Shown here in pieces: positions 1 through 8,656 of a DNA stretch of 57,480 bases; the first letter of the stretch is position 1, and each line of letters opens with the position of its first letter. The stretch covers positions 1 through 57,480 of the forward strand of contig WJMD01000135.1 in assembly GCA_014728125.1 (NCBI GenBank). The letters run 5' to 3'. Origin of the DNA: Candidatus Effluviviaceae Genus V sp. GTDB taxonomy: Bacteria; Joyebacterota; Joyebacteria; Joyebacterales; Joyebacteraceae. Both the position numbers and the translations under genes were made by a program. The notes under the pieces are model-generated. The model was not told the origin of the DNA. It did not search any database and saw only the letters and a program-made list of their open reading frames with translations.

Positions 1-62
1 GGTCGGGAGCTCGTCTCATGACGGTCTGGACCTGAGCCCCAGCGAGGCCCGGGTCGCGTCGT

Positions 63-1301
63 CTAGCCCTGGTCCCAGATGCCGCGCAGCTTCTCCTGCT
101 GCGCGATCTCGATCAGCTTGTCCTGTCGGGCGATCTCCTTGTCCGCATGGCTGCGCCAGGCCGAGTCGCTCCTGGCCAGCCGGAGTTTCTCCTTCGCCTC
201 CTCGTAGTGGGCGATGGCCTGATCATAGAGGTCGCCGTTACCGCTCGACTTGGCCTGCGCCTGCAGCGACGCCCCGCGGTACTCGAGCGCCTTTGCCCAG
301 GTCACGTATGCGCTGCCGTTGCCGGGCGACACGGAGAGGAGACGCTGCGCTGTCGCGATGGCCGAGTCGTACCTGCCGGCCTCGTTGTACGCGTCGGCGA
401 GCGCCGCCAGGAACCGCGGTTCGCTCGGCTGCTGCGCCACGAGAGCCTCGAACTGCTCGACCGCCTTCGTGTAGTCTCCCTGCCTGCGGTAGACGCTCGC
501 CAGATTCGCCCTCGTTCCGAAGTCGGTGGGGTTCGTCTGAAGGACCGTTCGGAAAGCGGTCTCAGCCTTCTCCAGTTCGTCGACCTTCATGTAGAGGAAG
601 CCGAGCGTCGCCAGCGAGCGGTCGCTCGCCTGCCCCATCGACCGCACGCGCTCGTAGGACGTGATCGCACTGTCATACATCTTGGCCCGGTAGTAGATCT
701 GTGCCAGCTGCCTCGGCGGGCGCGGATCGTCGGGCGAGAGCTCCTGCGCCCTGCGGTAGGCGCCGATGGCGGCCAGATCGAGTTCCATCTTCTCGTAGGC
801 GTACCCGAGATTCAGATAGGCGTTCGCGTCGGTCGGGTCGAGCTCGACGGCCTTGATGTACTCCTCGACCGACTCCTGATAGCGCCCCGTGACGAAGTAG
901 GCGTACGCGAGTCCCGTGTGCGACCCCGCGTCATCCGGGGCGAGGTCCCTCGCCTCCTCGTACATCTCGAGCGACTTATCGAACTCCTGGGTCTCTACGA
1001 GATAGATGCGGCCGAGCCCCTGATAGGCCTCGACGTAGGTCGGGTCCAGCTCGATTGCCCGCTGGTAGTTCTCGATGGCCTTCCCGATCTCGCGGACGCG
1101 AAGGAACTCGGATGCGTTGCTGACGGCCTGCTCGGCCGGGCTCAGCTGCTCGGTCTGCTCGATGGGCTGGCCGTCCGAGCCCAGGATGCTCGTAACCTGG
1201 TTCTCGTCCTCGACCGGCATTGTGCCCGTGCAGCCGTTCAGGACGAACAGGGCCGCTGTGACCAGCAGCGCGGCGCGAAGGACTGTCGTTGATCTCTCCA
1301 T
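63..1301 (-). CDS. TPR-repeat lipoprotein
   Basis: ORF 63..1379. The ATG at 1301 is preceded by a GAGAGG SD and gives MERSTTVLRAALLVTAALFVLNGC (lipobox). The body is tandem 34-aa TPR-like units (A..Y..AielDP...). Confidence 0.7.
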   Translation of the reverse strand: MERSTTVLRAALLVTAALFVLNGCTGTMPVEDENQVTSILGSDGQPIEQTEQLSPAEQAVSNASEFLRVREIGKAIENYQRAIELDPTYVEAYQGLGRIYLVETQEFDKSLEMYEEARDLAPDDAGSHTGLAYAYFVTGRYQESVEEYIKAVELDPTDANAYLNLGYAYEKMELDLAAIGAYRRAQELSPDDPRPPRQLAQIYYRAKMYDSAITSYERVRSMGQASDRSLATLGFLYMKVDELEKAETAFRTVLQTNPTDFGTRANLASVYRRQGDYTKAVEQFEALVAQQPSEPRFLAALADAYNEAGRYDSAIATAQRLLSVSPGNGSAYVTWAKALEYRGASLQAQAKSSGNGDLYDQAIAHYEEAKEKLRLARSDSAWRSHADKEIARQDKLIEIAQQEKLRGIWDQG

Positions 1302-1383
1302 CTCGTAAGCCTCTCTTCTCGTACGCGCGAAGCGATCCTCACGATGCAGCCCGCGGGGCGAGCCGGAGCGCTGCTCCACGCTC

Positions 1384-2004
1384 CTATTCCCCCCGGAACT
1401 GACGGATCATCTGGATATTGTCTCTCGATATCTTGGCCGCCTGCGACGTCGGTTCGATCTCGATGACCCTCTGCCACTCCCTGATGGCCTCCTCGAAAAT
1501 GCGGGCGTCGGCGAAGGCCACCCCCAGATTGAAGTGCGCCTCGATGCACTCCGGGTCGATCGAGATGGCCATCTGGTACATGTCGACGGCCTCCTGATAG
1601 CGCTGCTGGTCGTAGTACACACTGCCGAGATTGGTGTAGATGATCGGATCCCTCGGCTCGTGCCTGAGCGCGCGCTCAAGGAGGGGCAGCGCTTCCTTCG
1701 CCCGCCCCATGTCGGAGTAGAGCGAGGCCAGGTTCACCAGGACGCCCGTGTGGGACGAGTCGATGCGGGAGGCCTCAACGTAGACCGTCTGGGCCTGGTC
1801 CAGCATGTTCGACTCGTAGTAGAGGTTCCCGAGCTCAATCCTGAGTTCGATGTCCTCAGGGGATGCTTCGATGGCCTCCTCGAGCTCGGCGATGCGGTCT
1901 GCAAGGGCCGCGGCCTTGTCAGGCACCATCTCCTGGGCGCCGGCGGCGGAAACGGCCGCAAGCAGACAACAGAGAGCGACGCATGTGACGATCGTGCGGT
2001 TCAT
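1384..2004 (-). CDS. Secreted TPR-repeat protein
   Basis: ATG at 2004 with GAGGAG SD. Signal peptide MNRTIVTCVALCCLLAAVSAAGA followed by QE. Repeated TPR units (LGNLYY, NLGSVYY, FNLGVAF). Confidence 0.7.
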   Translation of the reverse strand: MNRTIVTCVALCCLLAAVSAAGAQEMVPDKAAALADRIAELEEAIEASPEDIELRIELGNLYYESNMLDQAQTVYVEASRIDSSHTGVLVNLASLYSDMGRAKEALPLLERALRHEPRDPIIYTNLGSVYYDQQRYQEAVDMYQMAISIDPECIEAHFNLGVAFADARIFEEAIREWQRVIEIEPTSQAAKISRDNIQMIRQFRGE

Positions 2005-2024
2005 CTGAGCTCCTCGCTGTCGTG

Positions 2025-2771
2025 CTATTCCACCGTCTCGACGCGGACCTTCTCCATGACGTCGGGGTTCTCGACCTTTCCGTTCTGGGCGCGGTCGCCC
2101 TTCTTGATGGAGTCGACCACGTCCATTCCCTCGATGACCTTGCCGAAGGCCGCGTACTTGCCGTCCAGGTGACCGGCCTCAGCCAGCATGATGAAGAACT
2201 GGCTGCCGGCGGAGTCGGGATCCTGCGAACGTGCCATCGACACCACGCCGCGTTCGTGGGTGAGCTCCTCGTTGAACTCGGCGGGGATCATGTAGCCGGG
2301 ACCGCCGTAACCGCCGCTGTGCTCGACGTCGCCCGTCTGCGCCATGAAGCCGTCGATCACCCTGTGGAACTCGACGCCGTCGTAGCGGCCCGAGTTCGCC
2401 AGGTGGACGAAGTTGGTGACCGTGTTGGGAGCCTCGTCCTCCCACAGCTCGATCTTGATGGTCCCCTTGTTGGTCTCGATCGTGGCGACCTTCCGGCCCT
2501 CCGGGAGGTACGCAACCTCGCGGGTCTTTCGCTCGCCGCCCTCGATGTACGTCAGGGTCGCTGTGGGGCCGTCGTGCTCAGCCATCGGCTTCTCCTCGCT
2601 CATCGCCTCCTCGGCCTGCTCCGCGGTCTCGCTGGACGCGTCGTGCGTCTCCGCCGCGGCGCCTTCCGTGTTCGACTCCGCCGTTTCACCGCCGCCGCAG
2701 CCGGCCATGGACGCCAGACCGACCGTCAGAAGCAATGTCAAGACCAGGAGCGCCGCTGAATTCGTTCGCAT
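2025..2771 (-). CDS. Cyclophilin-type peptidyl-prolyl cis-trans isomerase, lipoprotein
   Basis: ATG at 2771 with GAGGAGG SD. Lipobox LASMAGC. Cyclophilin motifs FHRVIDGFMAQTGD and GSQFFIML. Confidence 0.85.
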   Translation of the reverse strand: MRTNSAALLVLTLLLTVGLASMAGCGGGETAESNTEGAAAETHDASSETAEQAEEAMSEEKPMAEHDGPTATLTYIEGGERKTREVAYLPEGRKVATIETNKGTIKIELWEDEAPNTVTNFVHLANSGRYDGVEFHRVIDGFMAQTGDVEHSGGYGGPGYMIPAEFNEELTHERGVVSMARSQDPDSAGSQFFIMLAEAGHLDGKYAAFGKVIEGMDVVDSIKKGDRAQNGKVENPDVMEKVRVETVE

Positions 2772-2818
2772 GGTTCCTCCTCACAAGTCACTGTGCATCG
2801 CCGTTTTCCGCGCTCCCT

Positions 2819-2848
2819 AATCTAACTGCGCCGGATTCCGGGTGTCAA
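2819..2848 (-). promoter_or_regulatory. Candidate sigma70-type promoter for the PPIase-TPR-TPR operon
   Basis: On the minus strand: TTGACA (2848..2843), 18-nt spacer, TAGATT (2824..2819). About 45 nt upstream of the start at 2771. Confidence 0.35.
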
Positions 2849-2917
2849 GGCGCTTCTCCCCCCGGCGTTCATCGCTGCCGGACCGCGGGGAGGCGCCGTA
2901 CCCGCCCCGCAGCGCGG

Positions 2918-2946
2918 TTGACCGTCGGGCCCGCGTGCCGTAGAAT
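2918..2946 (+). promoter_or_regulatory. Candidate sigma70-type promoter for glnA
   Basis: TTGACC (2918..2923), 17-nt spacer, TAGAAT (2941..2946). Leaves a 5' UTR of about 95 nt before the ATG at 3049. Confidence 0.45.
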
Positions 2947-3048
2947 CAGCTGGGCGGCCCGCGTGCGTGCGGGTTCGTCGACCGGGCGAGGCCACGTTAC
3001 AAGCCGCGCCCGTTTTCTTCGCACTTCGGCCCGGCAAAGGAGAGCCCC

Positions 3049-4509
3049 ATGCAGTATCTCAGGGAGCTGTCGCTCCGACTGAGGGAGGCCGCGTCGTACG
3101 ACGAGGCCGGGACCATCTGTTCCGAGGCGGGAGTCGACTACGTGGACCTCCGGTTCGCCGACCTCCCGGGCCGGTGGCATCACGTCACCCTGCCGGCCGC
3201 GCGCGTCGGCGCGAAGCTCTTCGAGGACGGCGTCGGCTTCGACGGATCGAGCGTCCCCGGCTATCTGACCGTCGAGAAGGGCGACATGGTCCTGCTCGCC
3301 GATCCCGCGACCGCGATCGTCGAGGAATCCGGCCCCTACCTCGTCGTGTCGTATCTCGCCTCGGCTGCCGAGGCCGACACCCGCGAGCTCTTCCCCCTCG
3401 ACCCACGGGTCCTGGCGAAGAAGGCCGAGGAGATCCTCGCCGCCTCCGGGCACGCCGACACGGCGCTTCTGGGGCCCGAGCTCGAGTTCTACCTCTTCAC
3501 GACGGTCGACTACGGGAGTTCCTGCGGCAGCGCCTTCTACTCGCTCGGCTCGGACGAGGCGGGCTGGACCGATGCGGACGAGCCGACCACCGGCCATCGG
3601 ATCCTCCCCGGACGCGGCTACCACGCCATGCCCCCGTGCGACCGCACCTTCCAGGTGCGCAACGAGATTGTCGCGCGCATGGCGGCCGCCGGCATCCCGG
3701 TCAAGTACCACCACCATGAAAACGGGGCGCCGGGGCAGGTCGAGATCGAGCTCCTGAGCAGGCCGCTCGTCGAGGCCGCCGACGACTGCATGATCGGGAA
3801 GTACATTGCCAAGATGACCGCCATCGAATGGGGCCTCTCGGCCACGTTCATGCCGAAGCCGCTCCTCGGCGAGAGCGGGAGCGGGCTCCACTTCCATATG
3901 CGTCTCGAGAAGGCCGGACGCCCGGTCTTCCACGACGAGAGAGGCTATGCGGGCCTCTCGGAGGCGGCCCTGCACTTCATCGGCGGGATTCTCGAGCACG
4001 GGGCCGCACTGACCGCCGTCACGAACCCCAGCACGAACTCCTACAGGAGGCTGAGGCCCGGGTTCGAGGCGCCGACGAACCGCGTCTTCTCGGCCGCTAA
4101 CCGGAGTGCCGCGATACGCATTCCCAAGTACACGACGGAGCCGTCGGCCAAGACGGTCGAGTACCGCCCGTCGGACGCCACCTGCAATCCGTACCTCGCC
4201 GCGGCCGCGCTCATCGCCGCCGGACTCGACGGCATGGAGCGCGGTATCGACCCGAGGGAGCGTGGATTCGGCCCGCTCGAGAAGAACATCCACAGACTCT
4301 CCGACAAGGAGCGGCGAGGCATCCCGGCGCTGCCGCTGACGCTTCACGAGGCGCTCGAGGCCCTCGCGGACGACGGCGGGTTCCTTGCTTCCTCGGGCAT
4401 CTTCCCGGAGACGTTCGTTCCGGTGTGGACCGGGCTCAAGTGGGAGGAGGTCGATGCCATCCGTTCCGCGCCGCATCCGGGCGAGTTCGACCTCTCGTTC
4501 GACTGCTGA
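3049..4509 (+). CDS. glnA: Glutamine synthetase (type I-like)
   Basis: AAAGGAGAG SD. Motifs GSGLHFHMRL, NPSTNSYRRLRPGFEAP, NRSAAIRIP. Confidence 0.9.
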   Translation: MQYLRELSLRLREAASYDEAGTICSEAGVDYVDLRFADLPGRWHHVTLPAARVGAKLFEDGVGFDGSSVPGYLTVEKGDMVLLADPATAIVEESGPYLVVSYLASAAEADTRELFPLDPRVLAKKAEEILAASGHADTALLGPELEFYLFTTVDYGSSCGSAFYSLGSDEAGWTDADEPTTGHRILPGRGYHAMPPCDRTFQVRNEIVARMAAAGIPVKYHHHENGAPGQVEIELLSRPLVEAADDCMIGKYIAKMTAIEWGLSATFMPKPLLGESGSGLHFHMRLEKAGRPVFHDERGYAGLSEAALHFIGGILEHGAALTAVTNPSTNSYRRLRPGFEAPTNRVFSAANRSAAIRIPKYTTEPSAKTVEYRPSDATCNPYLAAAALIAAGLDGMERGIDPRERGFGPLEKNIHRLSDKERRGIPALPLTLHEALEALADDGGFLASSGIFPETFVPVWTGLKWEEVDAIRSAPHPGEFDLSFDC

Positions 4510-4560
4510 GGCGACGACGGCGCGCGACCGGCCCGCGTCCCGCGGCGAGGAAGCAGAAAA

Positions 4561-4589
4561 GCGCTCCGGGCCCGACGGGTCCGGAGCGC
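4561..4589. terminator. Bidirectional intrinsic terminator between convergent glnA and asnS
   Basis: GCGCTCCGGGCCC-GAC-GGGTCCGGAGCGC forms a 13-bp stem with one G.U pair. It is flanked by AGAAAA upstream and TCTGCTGTT downstream, so the minus strand reads hairpin + TTTTCTGCTT. Confidence 0.55.
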
Positions 4590-4592
4590 TCT

Positions 4593-4678
4593 GCTGTTCG
4601 GGCCGACCGGCATCGGACCGCACCGGTCGCGCTGTTCAGGCCGACCGGCATCAAACCGCACCGGTCACGCTGTTCAGG
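4593..4678. repeat. Tandem 38-bp direct repeat (2.3 copies), each unit holding a 7-bp inverted repeat
   Basis: Unit 1 is 4593..4630 and unit 2 is 4631..4668, with 34/38 positions identical. A partial unit 3 spans 4669..4678 and overlaps the asnS stop codon. Each unit contains CGACCGG-N12-CCGGTCG. Confidence 0.8.
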
Positions 4679-5969
4679 GTCTCAGGCGCGAGAGCATCCT
4701 GGGGAACGGGATCGTCTCCCTGAGGTGCGGGAGTCCGCAGATCCACGTGACGACCCGCTCAATGCCCATTCCGAAGCCCCCGTGGGGCACCGAGCCGTAC
4801 TTCCTCAGGTCGAGGTACCACCCATAGTCCTCTTCGGACATGCCCTCCTCGTCCATCCGTCGCTTGAGCTCGACCGGATCGGTCAGACGCTGCCCTCCAC
4901 CGACGATCTCGCCGTAACCCTCCGGCGCCAGCATGTCGACCGAGAGCGAGAGCCGGTCGTCGTCCGGATCGTTCTCCATGTAGAACGGCTTGACCGACCT
5001 GGGGTACCGGTGCACGAGCACCGGCCTGTCGAAGAGCTCCGAGAGCAGAGTTTCCTCCTCCGCACCGAAGTCGTCGCCCCAGTTGAAGTCGCTCGCTTTC
5101 TCCCTGAGACGCTCGACCGCCTGGTCGTATGTCAGTCGGGGAAACGGCGGCTCGATCCTCTCGAGGGGCGCTGCGTCCCGATCGAGGATGGACAGTTCGT
5201 ACCTGCGCTCCCTGAGGACCGCGGCGACGACCCAGGTGACGAGCTCCTCCGCTACCTCCATGACGTCGTCGAGGTCCGCGTAAGCCATCTCAGGCTCGAT
5301 CTGCCAGAACTCGATGAGATGACGCCGGGTTTTGGCCTTCTCCGCGCGGAGCGAAGGGCCGCAGCAGTAGACCCGCCCGAAGGCCATGGCGGTCGCCTCG
5401 TTGTAGAGCTGTCCGCTCTGTGTCAGGTAGGCCTTCTCCCCGAAGTACTCCGTCTCGAAGAGCGTCGTCGTCCCCTCGCAGGCCGACGGCGTCAGGATCG
5501 GCGTGTCGAGCAGCAGGTACCCGCGCTCGTCGAAGTAGCGGCGTGCCTCGCGCATGACCGTCGCCCGAACCCTCAGGGCGGCGAACTGTCTGCTGGAACG
5601 AATCCAGAGGTGCCGATGGTCCATCAGGAAGGAGGTACCGTGCTCCTTCGGCGTGATGGGATACTCGTCGGCGAGCGAGACGACCTCCACGCCGGTCGCG
5701 GAGAGCTCGAAGCCCGTCGGGGCGCGCTCGTCGGCGCGGACGACGCCGGTGACGCGGACCGACGACTCCTGCGTCAGACCGGAGACCCGCTCGAAGACGT
5801 CCTCGCCGACGTCCGACACGCTGACGACGCACTGGATGAAACCCGTGCCGTCACGCACCTGGAGGAACTGGATCTTCCCGCTCGATCGTCTGGCGGCGAG
5901 CCAGCCCTCGAGCGTGATCTCCTGACCGACATGCTCGGCGATGCTCTCGATGGTGTGACGCTGGTGCAT
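4674..5969 (-). CDS. asnS: Asparagine--tRNA ligase
   Basis: ATG at 5969 with GGAGGGAG SD. Class IIb motifs [23 protein letters not shown] and [28 protein letters not shown]. The EFW.IEPE signature favours AsnRS over archaeal-type AspRS. Confidence 0.8.
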   Translation of the reverse strand: MHQRHTIESIAEHVGQEITLEGWLAARRSSGKIQFLQVRDGTGFIQCVVSVSDVGEDVFERVSGLTQESSVRVTGVVRADERAPTGFELSATGVEVVSLADEYPITPKEHGTSFLMDHRHLWIRSSRQFAALRVRATVMREARRYFDERGYLLLDTPILTPSACEGTTTLFETEYFGEKAYLTQSGQLYNEATAMAFGRVYCCGPSLRAEKAKTRRHLIEFWQIEPEMAYADLDDVMEVAEELVTWVVAAVLRERRYELSILDRDAAPLERIEPPFPRLTYDQAVERLREKASDFNWGDDFGAEEETLLSELFDRPVLVHRYPRSVKPFYMENDPDDDRLSLSVDMLAPEGYGEIVGGGQRLTDPVELKRRMDEEGMSEEDYGWYLDLRKYGSVPHGGFGMGIERVVTWICGLPHLRETIPFPRMLSRLRP

Positions 5970-5993
5970 GCTCCCTCCGAACGGGCCTCTCTC

Positions 5994-6671
5994 CTACTGT
6001 TCCTCCGCCTCCGATGCGAGAGCCTCGATGGCCTCGTCCGGACCGTCGACGAGCAGCACGTCCCCCTCCCCGATGACCTCCTCGGGGTCCGGGAGCTTCG
6101 TGGTCGCCGTCTCGCCCTCGCGTCCCTCGGGCTTGATGACGGCAACGACGTTGAGACCGTACTTCTGACGGAACTTCAGCGACGCCAGTGTCTTTCCCCA
6201 CATCTCCTTCGATGCCGCGACGCGTCCCAGGCTCATCCCCGGCGACAGCTCGACCATGTCGACGAGGCTCGGGCTCATCATCTGCTGAGCGAGACGCTTG
6301 GCGACCCACTCCTCGACGAGGACGACCTCGTCGGCGTTCACGAGCTTGAGGACGCGTGCCTCCTCCTCGGTGACGGCGCGGGAGATGACGCGTGGAATTC
6401 CGAACTCCTTGAGGAGCGCCGTCGTCAGGACGGCCGCCTGGAAGTTCTGTCCGATCGCCACGAGGGCCGCGTCGACACGATCAATACCCTGAGTCAGGAG
6501 CGCCTCGCGGTTGGTCGAGTCGAGGCGCACCGCCAGGGCGACCTCGTCGGCGATCGACTCGACGAGCTCCTGGTGCACATCGACGGCGACCACCTCCGCG
6601 CCGCGGTCCGACAGCTCGCGGGCGACCGTCTTACCGAGAAGACCGAGACCGATCACTGCGTAACGCTTCAT
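5994..6671 (-). CDS. trkA: Trk/Ktr potassium uptake regulatory subunit (RCK N+C domains)
   Basis: ATG at 6671 with GGAGG SD (the TTG at 6680 lies too close to the SD). Rossmann motif AVIGLGLLGKTVARELSDRGAEVVAVD. Confidence 0.8.
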   Translation of the reverse strand: MKRYAVIGLGLLGKTVARELSDRGAEVVAVDVHQELVESIADEVALAVRLDSTNREALLTQGIDRVDAALVAIGQNFQAAVLTTALLKEFGIPRVISRAVTEEEARVLKLVNADEVVLVEEWVAKRLAQQMMSPSLVDMVELSPGMSLGRVAASKEMWGKTLASLKFRQKYGLNVVAVIKPEGREGETATTKLPDPEEVIGEGDVLLVDGPDEAIEALASEAEEQ

Positions 6672-6724
6672 AGCAAGCAAACCTCCGGCACGCCGCCGGG
6701 CACCCTGTGGCGCCGGATGCGACG

Positions 6725-8512
6725 TCAGCCGATGACCACCCGCTCTCTGGGGTAGTCGTACGCGGCGCCCCGGCGCCGCTGCCCGATCGCCAGCGCGAGC
6801 GTCAGCGGACCGATGCGCCCTGTCAGCATGATCAGCATGAGAACGATCTTGGCGGCCGGCGACAGCGTCGGTGTGATCCCCGTGGAGAGTCCCACTGTAC
6901 CGAACGCAGAGACTACCTCAAAGAGCACCTGCGACAAAGTCAAATCCTCGATCACCAGCAGGAAGAACGTGCCGCCGCTGACGACCAGGATTCCCATCGC
7001 CACGACGACGAGCGCCTCCCTGACCACGGGATCGGGCACGTGGCGCCTGAACAGCTCGACGCGCGACCGGCCGGTGAAGATCGAGCCGATCGACGCGATG
7101 ACGAGCCCCATGGTCGAGGTCTTGACGCCGCCCGCCGTGCCGCCGGGCGACCCGCCGATGAACATGAGGACCGCCAGCATGAAGAGGGTCGGGAGCGCGA
7201 GCGAGGCCGTCGGCGTCGTGTTGAAGCCCGCGGTCCTCGCTGTCACAGACCCGAAGAACGACGCCATGATACGCCGACCGGTCGTCATGTCGGCCAGCAC
7301 GCCGTTTCGCTCGAGCAGGTAGAAGCAGGCGGTGCCCGCCACGAGCAGCGCGGCCGTCGTCAGGAGAACCAGCTTCGAGTGGATCGAGTATCTCGGACCG
7401 ATCCTTGCCGTTCCGCTGTAGAGAACGCGCCGTCCCAGGAGGTTCATGATCACCGGGAACCCGATGCCACCGACGATGATGAGCGTCGTCATGACCGCGT
7501 TGATGCCGAGATGTCCCGCGTAGCGTTCGAAGCTGGTCGAGTAGAGCGAGAAGCCGGCGTTGCAGAAGGCCGACACAGCGTGAAAGACGGAGTGATGGAT
7601 GGCGTCGGCGATAGTCGCGAAGTCTTCCCTCGTGGCCACGAAGAGCAGGAGCGCCCCGGTGCCCTCCACCAGGAAGGTCACACCGATCATCACACGCAGC
7701 GTCTTGCCGATCCGTCCGACGCTCTCGAAGGACAGCATGCCGCGCAGCACGAGGCTCTCGCGGACGCCGAGGCCCCGTCTCAGCACGATGGCGAAGAAGG
7801 CCGTCAGCGTGATGAGCCCGAGGCCACCGATCTGGATGAGCGTCAGCATGACTCCCTGACCGAACTGGGTGAAGAAGCTGCCCGTGTCGACGACGATGAG
7901 TCCCGTCACACACACGGCCGAGGTCGCAGAGAAGACGGCGTCGATCAGCTCGATCCGGTTCTCCCCCGTCGCCCGCGGCGTCAGGAGCAGCATCGTGCCG
8001 ACGAGGATGATGATGAGGAAGGAGAGGAACACGGTCCTCGCCGGATGCAGTCTGTACGAGGCGACCTTCCGGTTCGCCCGGACGGTCTGCACGATGATCA
8101 TCGCGACGAGGTAGAGTTGGAGAACGATGATGTAGCCCTTCGCGAGGGAGAAGACGCTCCTGGCCTCGAGAAAGGCCGGCAGGAGGCCCTGTCCCTGGAA
8201 ATGGGCGACGACGAGGAACTGCGAGACGAGCAGCACCGCGATGGCCAGACCCGGCCACCGCGAGACGATGAAGGAGACCTTCTCCCGGGCAAGGACGAAC
8301 CGGATGACGGCGTCGGCGAGGAACGCGACGACGATGGCCAGGTCGATCGCGTGGAGCAGGCGCTCCTGGCTCGTGCCGAGGTAGAACCCGTATTCGAGCA
8401 CGAGCGAGACGACCGCCAGGGCGGCCACCAGGAACATGGCTCTCGAGAGCCACTGCAGGAATCTCTCGCGCGTCATGCACGCTCCACCGATGTCTGCACC
8501 GAGGTACCACAC
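6725..8512 (-). CDS. trkH: TrkH/KtrB-family potassium transporter with N-terminal 4-TM extension
   Basis: Polytopic membrane protein with repeated M1-P-M2 units carrying GG/GF selectivity-like loops (TARTAGFNT, IGGSPGGTAGGVKT, SAFGTVGLSTG). Start is ambiguous: GTG 8512 or ATG 8476. Confidence 0.75.
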   Translation of the reverse strand: MWYLGADIGGACMTRERFLQWLSRAMFLVAALAVVSLVLEYGFYLGTSQERLLHAIDLAIVVAFLADAVIRFVLAREKVSFIVSRWPGLAIAVLLVSQFLVVAHFQGQGLLPAFLEARSVFSLAKGYIIVLQLYLVAMIIVQTVRANRKVASYRLHPARTVFLSFLIIILVGTMLLLTPRATGENRIELIDAVFSATSAVCVTGLIVVDTGSFFTQFGQGVMLTLIQIGGLGLITLTAFFAIVLRRGLGVRESLVLRGMLSFESVGRIGKTLRVMIGVTFLVEGTGALLLFVATREDFATIADAIHHSVFHAVSAFCNAGFSLYSTSFERYAGHLGINAVMTTLIIVGGIGFPVIMNLLGRRVLYSGTARIGPRYSIHSKLVLLTTAALLVAGTACFYLLERNGVLADMTTGRRIMASFFGSVTARTAGFNTTPTASLALPTLFMLAVLMFIGGSPGGTAGGVKTSTMGLVIASIGSIFTGRSRVELFRRHVPDPVVREALVVVAMGILVVSGGTFFLLVIEDLTLSQVLFEVVSAFGTVGLSTGITPTLSPAAKIVLMLIMLTGRIGPLTLALAIGQRRRGAAYDYPRERVVIG

Positions 8513-8522
8513 GGACGGGGTG

Positions 8523-8552
8523 AGGATAAAGACGGTCGGCGGAGCGTGTCAA
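8523..8552 (-). promoter_or_regulatory. Candidate promoter for trkH-trkA(-asnS)
   Basis: Minus strand: TTGACA (8552..8547), 18-nt spacer, TATCCT (8528..8523). Confidence 0.3.
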
Positions 8553-8560
8553 CTCGAAAC

Positions 8561-8575
8561 CCCGCGAGGCGCGGG
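8561..8575 (-). terminator. Weak terminator-like hairpin after the UbiA-family gene
   Basis: CCCGCG-AGG-CGCGGG. On the minus strand it is followed by GTTTCGAGTT and then the -35 box above. Confidence 0.3.
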
Positions 8576-8656
8576 CAGTTGGCGCGACGGCGCCCGGTCC
8601 TCGGAGGCCCGCTTCCACGGCCGGAGCCACTTCTCACGCCTCCGCCTGTTGCTCGC

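Noticed and set aside
2947-3048. Glutamine riboswitch or sigma-54 (GG-N10-GC) promoter in the glnA leader
   Set aside because: I could not find the glnA-RNA conserved core, or a TGGCAC-N5-TTGC-like element. Only a sigma70-like promoter and a weak GGGCG...CGCCC-GTTTTCTT hairpin are visible, which is insufficient evidence for a riboswitch or attenuator.
4593-4678. Possible CRISPR array or mobile-element terminal repeats
   Set aside because: There are only 2.3 directly abutting copies with no spacers. No cas genes, transposase or target-site duplication are nearby. I treat it as a simple tandem repeat.
4425-6755. 776-aa plus-strand ORF spanning asnS and trkA. Similar very long antisense ORFs occur at 147..1292(+), 2869..4623(-), 6707..8719(+), 12848..14824(+), 16301..18211(+), 24145..25734(+), 35..36 kb and 50802..52547(+).
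   Set aside because: Each lies antisense to, or out of frame with, a gene carrying unmistakable conserved motifs. Their translations are Arg/Gly/Pro/Asp-rich low-information sequence, typical of stop-codon-poor alternative frames in GC-rich DNA. None has a credible SD/start context.
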